A DNA stretch of 63,850 bases, counting the filler, from Leucoraja ocellata (Eukaryota): NCBI GenBank assembly GCA_036785375.1. It is 5 parts of 5 records of this genome, joined end to end, with 100 filler letters (N's around TTAATTAATTAA, not from the genome) between each part and the next. Parts side by side here need not be neighbours in the genome. Positions count along the whole stretch, not along the records: positions 58,334 to 63,850 come from JAWMAR010000404.1; 4 more parts are not named here. One strand, written 5' to 3'. The position numbers and the translations under genes are program-made. A model generated the notes under the pieces. It did no database searches. It saw only the letters and a program-made list of their open reading frames with translations, and was not told the DNA's origin. This document shows positions 61,101 to 63,850 of the stretch, in pieces. Position 1 is the stretch's first letter. The number at the start of each line of letters is the position of its first letter.

Positions 61101-63850
61101 CACCCACACCACCATCATGTGTTCCTGGTCCGTACCTTCCATGTAAAATACTTGCCTCACTCATCTGCATTCAACGTTCTCCCTCACACCTTATAGCTAC
61201 GTCTTCTCATGTTGGACATTTCCATCCTTGAAAATGATACTAAATATCTACCGTTTCAATGACTCTCATCATTGTATATACGTCTATCAAGTCCCCCACA
61301 AACCTCCGACATTCCAGAGAAAGCAATCCACAGATAACCAATCTCTCCCTGTGGCTGATCCAGGCAGCATTCTGGTTATTCTGGTTAAGAGGATGCTAGG
61401 AGGCTGCAAGGTGGCTTGGATAGGCTGGGTTAGTGGGCAAATGCATGGCAGATGCAGTATAATTCTGGTTAACCTGTTTTGTACCCTCTCCAAAACCTCA
61501 ATTTCTTCCCTTTAATGGGGCGATCGGATCTGTACTCAATACTCCAATTCTGCCTCATCAAACTCATATAGAACTGCATCATGTTCCTGACCCTTATGCT
61601 CAACACCTCTAGCAATGAACGCAAGTATACCATACATCCACTTTACCATCTACATGTGCTGCCAACTGCAGTGAGCTATGAACTTGGACTCCAAGATCCC
61701 TCAACACATCCATGTTCTTCAGAATCTAGCAATTTACTGTATAAAACAGCCTATCATTGATGATTATTGAATGGTAGCTGAATTCCAAAATGTGTTCATC
61801 CCCGGCTGGAGAAAGAAACAATATGGGGAAGGCAGCTCAACGTGACTAACGAGGGAAATCAAGGATAGTGTTAAATCCAGGGAAGAGGTTATATAAATTG
61901 GCCAGAGGACTGGGAGAAATTTAGAACTCAACATGGGAGGGAAAAAAGGGTTAATTAAGAGCGGGAAAAGAGAACATGAAAGAACGCTTGCGGGGAATAT
62001 TAAAACTGACTGCAATAGCTTCTTTAGATATGTAAAAAGGAAAAGATCAGTGAAGAAAACTTAGGTCACTTACAATCAGAGACAGGTGAATTTCTAATGG
62101 AAAGCAAGGAAATGGCAGATCAGTTAAACGAGTACGTTGGTTCAGTATTTACTAAGAAAGACACAAACAATCTCCCAGAAATACGAGGGGACCGAGGATT
62201 TAGTGGGAGGGAGGAACTGAAGGGAACCCACGTTAGTCAGGAAATGGTGTATGCAAACTGTTGGGGCTGAAGACAAATAAATCCCCAGGGCCTGTTGGTC
62301 TGCATCCCAGAGTACTCAAGCAGGTGGCTCTAGAAATCGTGAATGCAATGGTGATCATTTTCCAATATTCTCCCGACTGGATCCGTTCCTGTAGACTGAA
62401 GTGCAGCCGTTGTAACTCCACTTTTTAAGAAAGGAGGGAGAGAGAAAACGGGGAATTATAGACCAGTTAGCCTTACATCGGTCGTGGGGAAGATGCTGGA
62501 GTCAATTATTAAAGATGTTATAGCAGCGCATTTGGAAAACAGTGACAGGATTGGTCAAAGTCTGCATTGCTTTATGAAGGGAAATCATGCTTGACTAATC
62601 TTCTGGAATTTTTTGAGGAAGCAACAAGTAGAATGGATAAGGGAGAGCCAGTAGATGTGGTGTATCTGGACTTTCAAAAAACCTTTGACAAGGTCCCACA
62701 CAAGAGACTAGTGTGCATAATTAGATCACATGGTAATGGGGGAAGGGTATTGACATGGATAGAGAACTGGTTGTCAGACAGGAAGCAAAGAGTAGGCATA
62801 ACTGGTCCTTTTCAGAATGCCAGGCAGTGACAAATGATGTGCGGCAAGGCTCGGGGCTGGGACCCCAGTTATTTACAATATTTATTAACGATTTAGACGA
62901 GGGAATTAAATGTGTCATTTCCAAGTTAAATTTACGGATGACGCAAAGCTGGGTGGCAGTGGGAGCTGCGATGAGGATGCTATAAGGCTGCAATGTGACT
63001 TAAAATAAGACAGATGCATGCAGTATAATGTGGATACATGTGAGGTTACCCATTTTGGTGGCAAGAACAGGAAGGCAGTTTATTATCTGAATGGTGTCAG
63101 ATTTGGAAAAGGGGAGGTGCAACAAGACGTGGTGTGCTTGTACATCAGTCCTGAAAGTGAGCATGCAGGTACGGCAGGCAGTGAAGAAATCTAATGGCAT
63201 GTTGGCCTTCATTGCGAGAGGATTTGAGTTTTGGAGCAAGGAGGTCCTACTGGCAGTTGTACAGGGCCCAGGTGAGACCACACCTGGAGTATTGTGTGCA
63301 ATTTTGGTCTCCAAATTTCAGGAAGGACATTATTGCTATTGAGGGAATGCAGAGTAGGTTCACCAGGTTAATTCCCGGGATGGTGGGACTGAGCGGCTAG
63401 ATGCAGGAAACATTTTCCCGACGTTGGGGGAGTCCACAACCAGAGGTCACGGTTTAAGAATAAGGGATAGGCCATGTAGGACTGAGTTGAGGATAAAAAC
63501 ATTCACCCAGGGACTTGTGAATCTGCAGAATTATCTGCCACAGAAGGCAGCAGAGCCAATTCTCTGGATCTTTTCAAGAGAGAGTTAGATTTAGCTCTTA
63601 GGACAAATGGAAACAAGGGATATGGGGAAAAAGCATGAACGGGGTACTGAATTTAGATGATCAGCCATGATTATGTTGAATGGTGGTTCCTGTTCGGAGG
63701 GCCGAATGGCCTACTCTTGCACATATTTTTCCATGTTTCTATGTTTCCTCTATGTTTCTAACACATGACGCGTCAAGTATCAAGAATGTATAATTTTCAT
63801 GTGCCGAAAGCGGTACAATTAAGTTCTTACTTGGGCCTGGAAGTACATGG

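Larger units (their letters stand above)
43221..63850. repeat. Inverted duplication: 43221-49280 vs 58334-63850, flanking the MHC contig
   Basis: The window end (...gggcctggaagtacatgg) is the exact reverse complement of the contig start at 43221, and 58334 pairs with 49280. ORFs are mirrored (45602..45853 vs 61764..62015; 48139..48447 vs 59173..59481). Confidence 0.95.

Noticed and set aside
1-63850. Prokaryotic defence system, operon or phage
   Set aside because: Spliced vertebrate genes and vertebrate retrotransposons account for the coding signal, and there is no bacterial gene architecture.

Overview
This is eukaryotic genomic DNA, not prokaryotic. It is most likely from a cartilaginous fish (skate or ray), inferred from HE1-like tRNA-derived SINEs, two abundant CR1/HER1-like LINE families with (TATGTTTC)n and (TATATGGT)n tails, and Penelope-like elements. 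The window is five contigs joined by 100-nt gaps made of 44 N + TTAATTAATTAA + 44 N, plus one plain 200-N gap. Three partial minus-strand, intron-containing genes can be read from the sequence. (1) A Siglec (CD33/MAG/CD22-family) gene: a putative 5' non-coding exon, a signal-peptide exon (7763-7802), a V-set exon keeping the sialic-acid-binding Arg (3450-3818) and a C2 exon (69-362); it continues off the left edge. (2) The first five coding exons of USP54 (42648 to 23570). (3) The alpha1, alpha2 and alpha3 exons of a divergent non-classical MHC class I heavy chain (58151 to 51008). Most other ORFs in the track are retrotransposon fragments (CR1, Rex1/L2, Tx1, Penelope) or their antisense frames. 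The most notable structure is: an inverted ~3 kb duplication of the putative Siglec 5' exon/promoter, in which a 1-nt indel turns an ISRE-like motif into an ETS-like motif; an inverted ~5.5-6 kb duplication flanking the MHC contig; a recently active Penelope family with minimal hammerhead-ribozyme motifs, including ~95-bp insertions that begin at the ribozyme core; and a 1-kb non-autonomous DNA transposon with a 7-bp TSD. The adjacency of the three genes may be a scaffolding artefact. All calls were made by eye, no database searches were run, and repeat boundaries are approximate.
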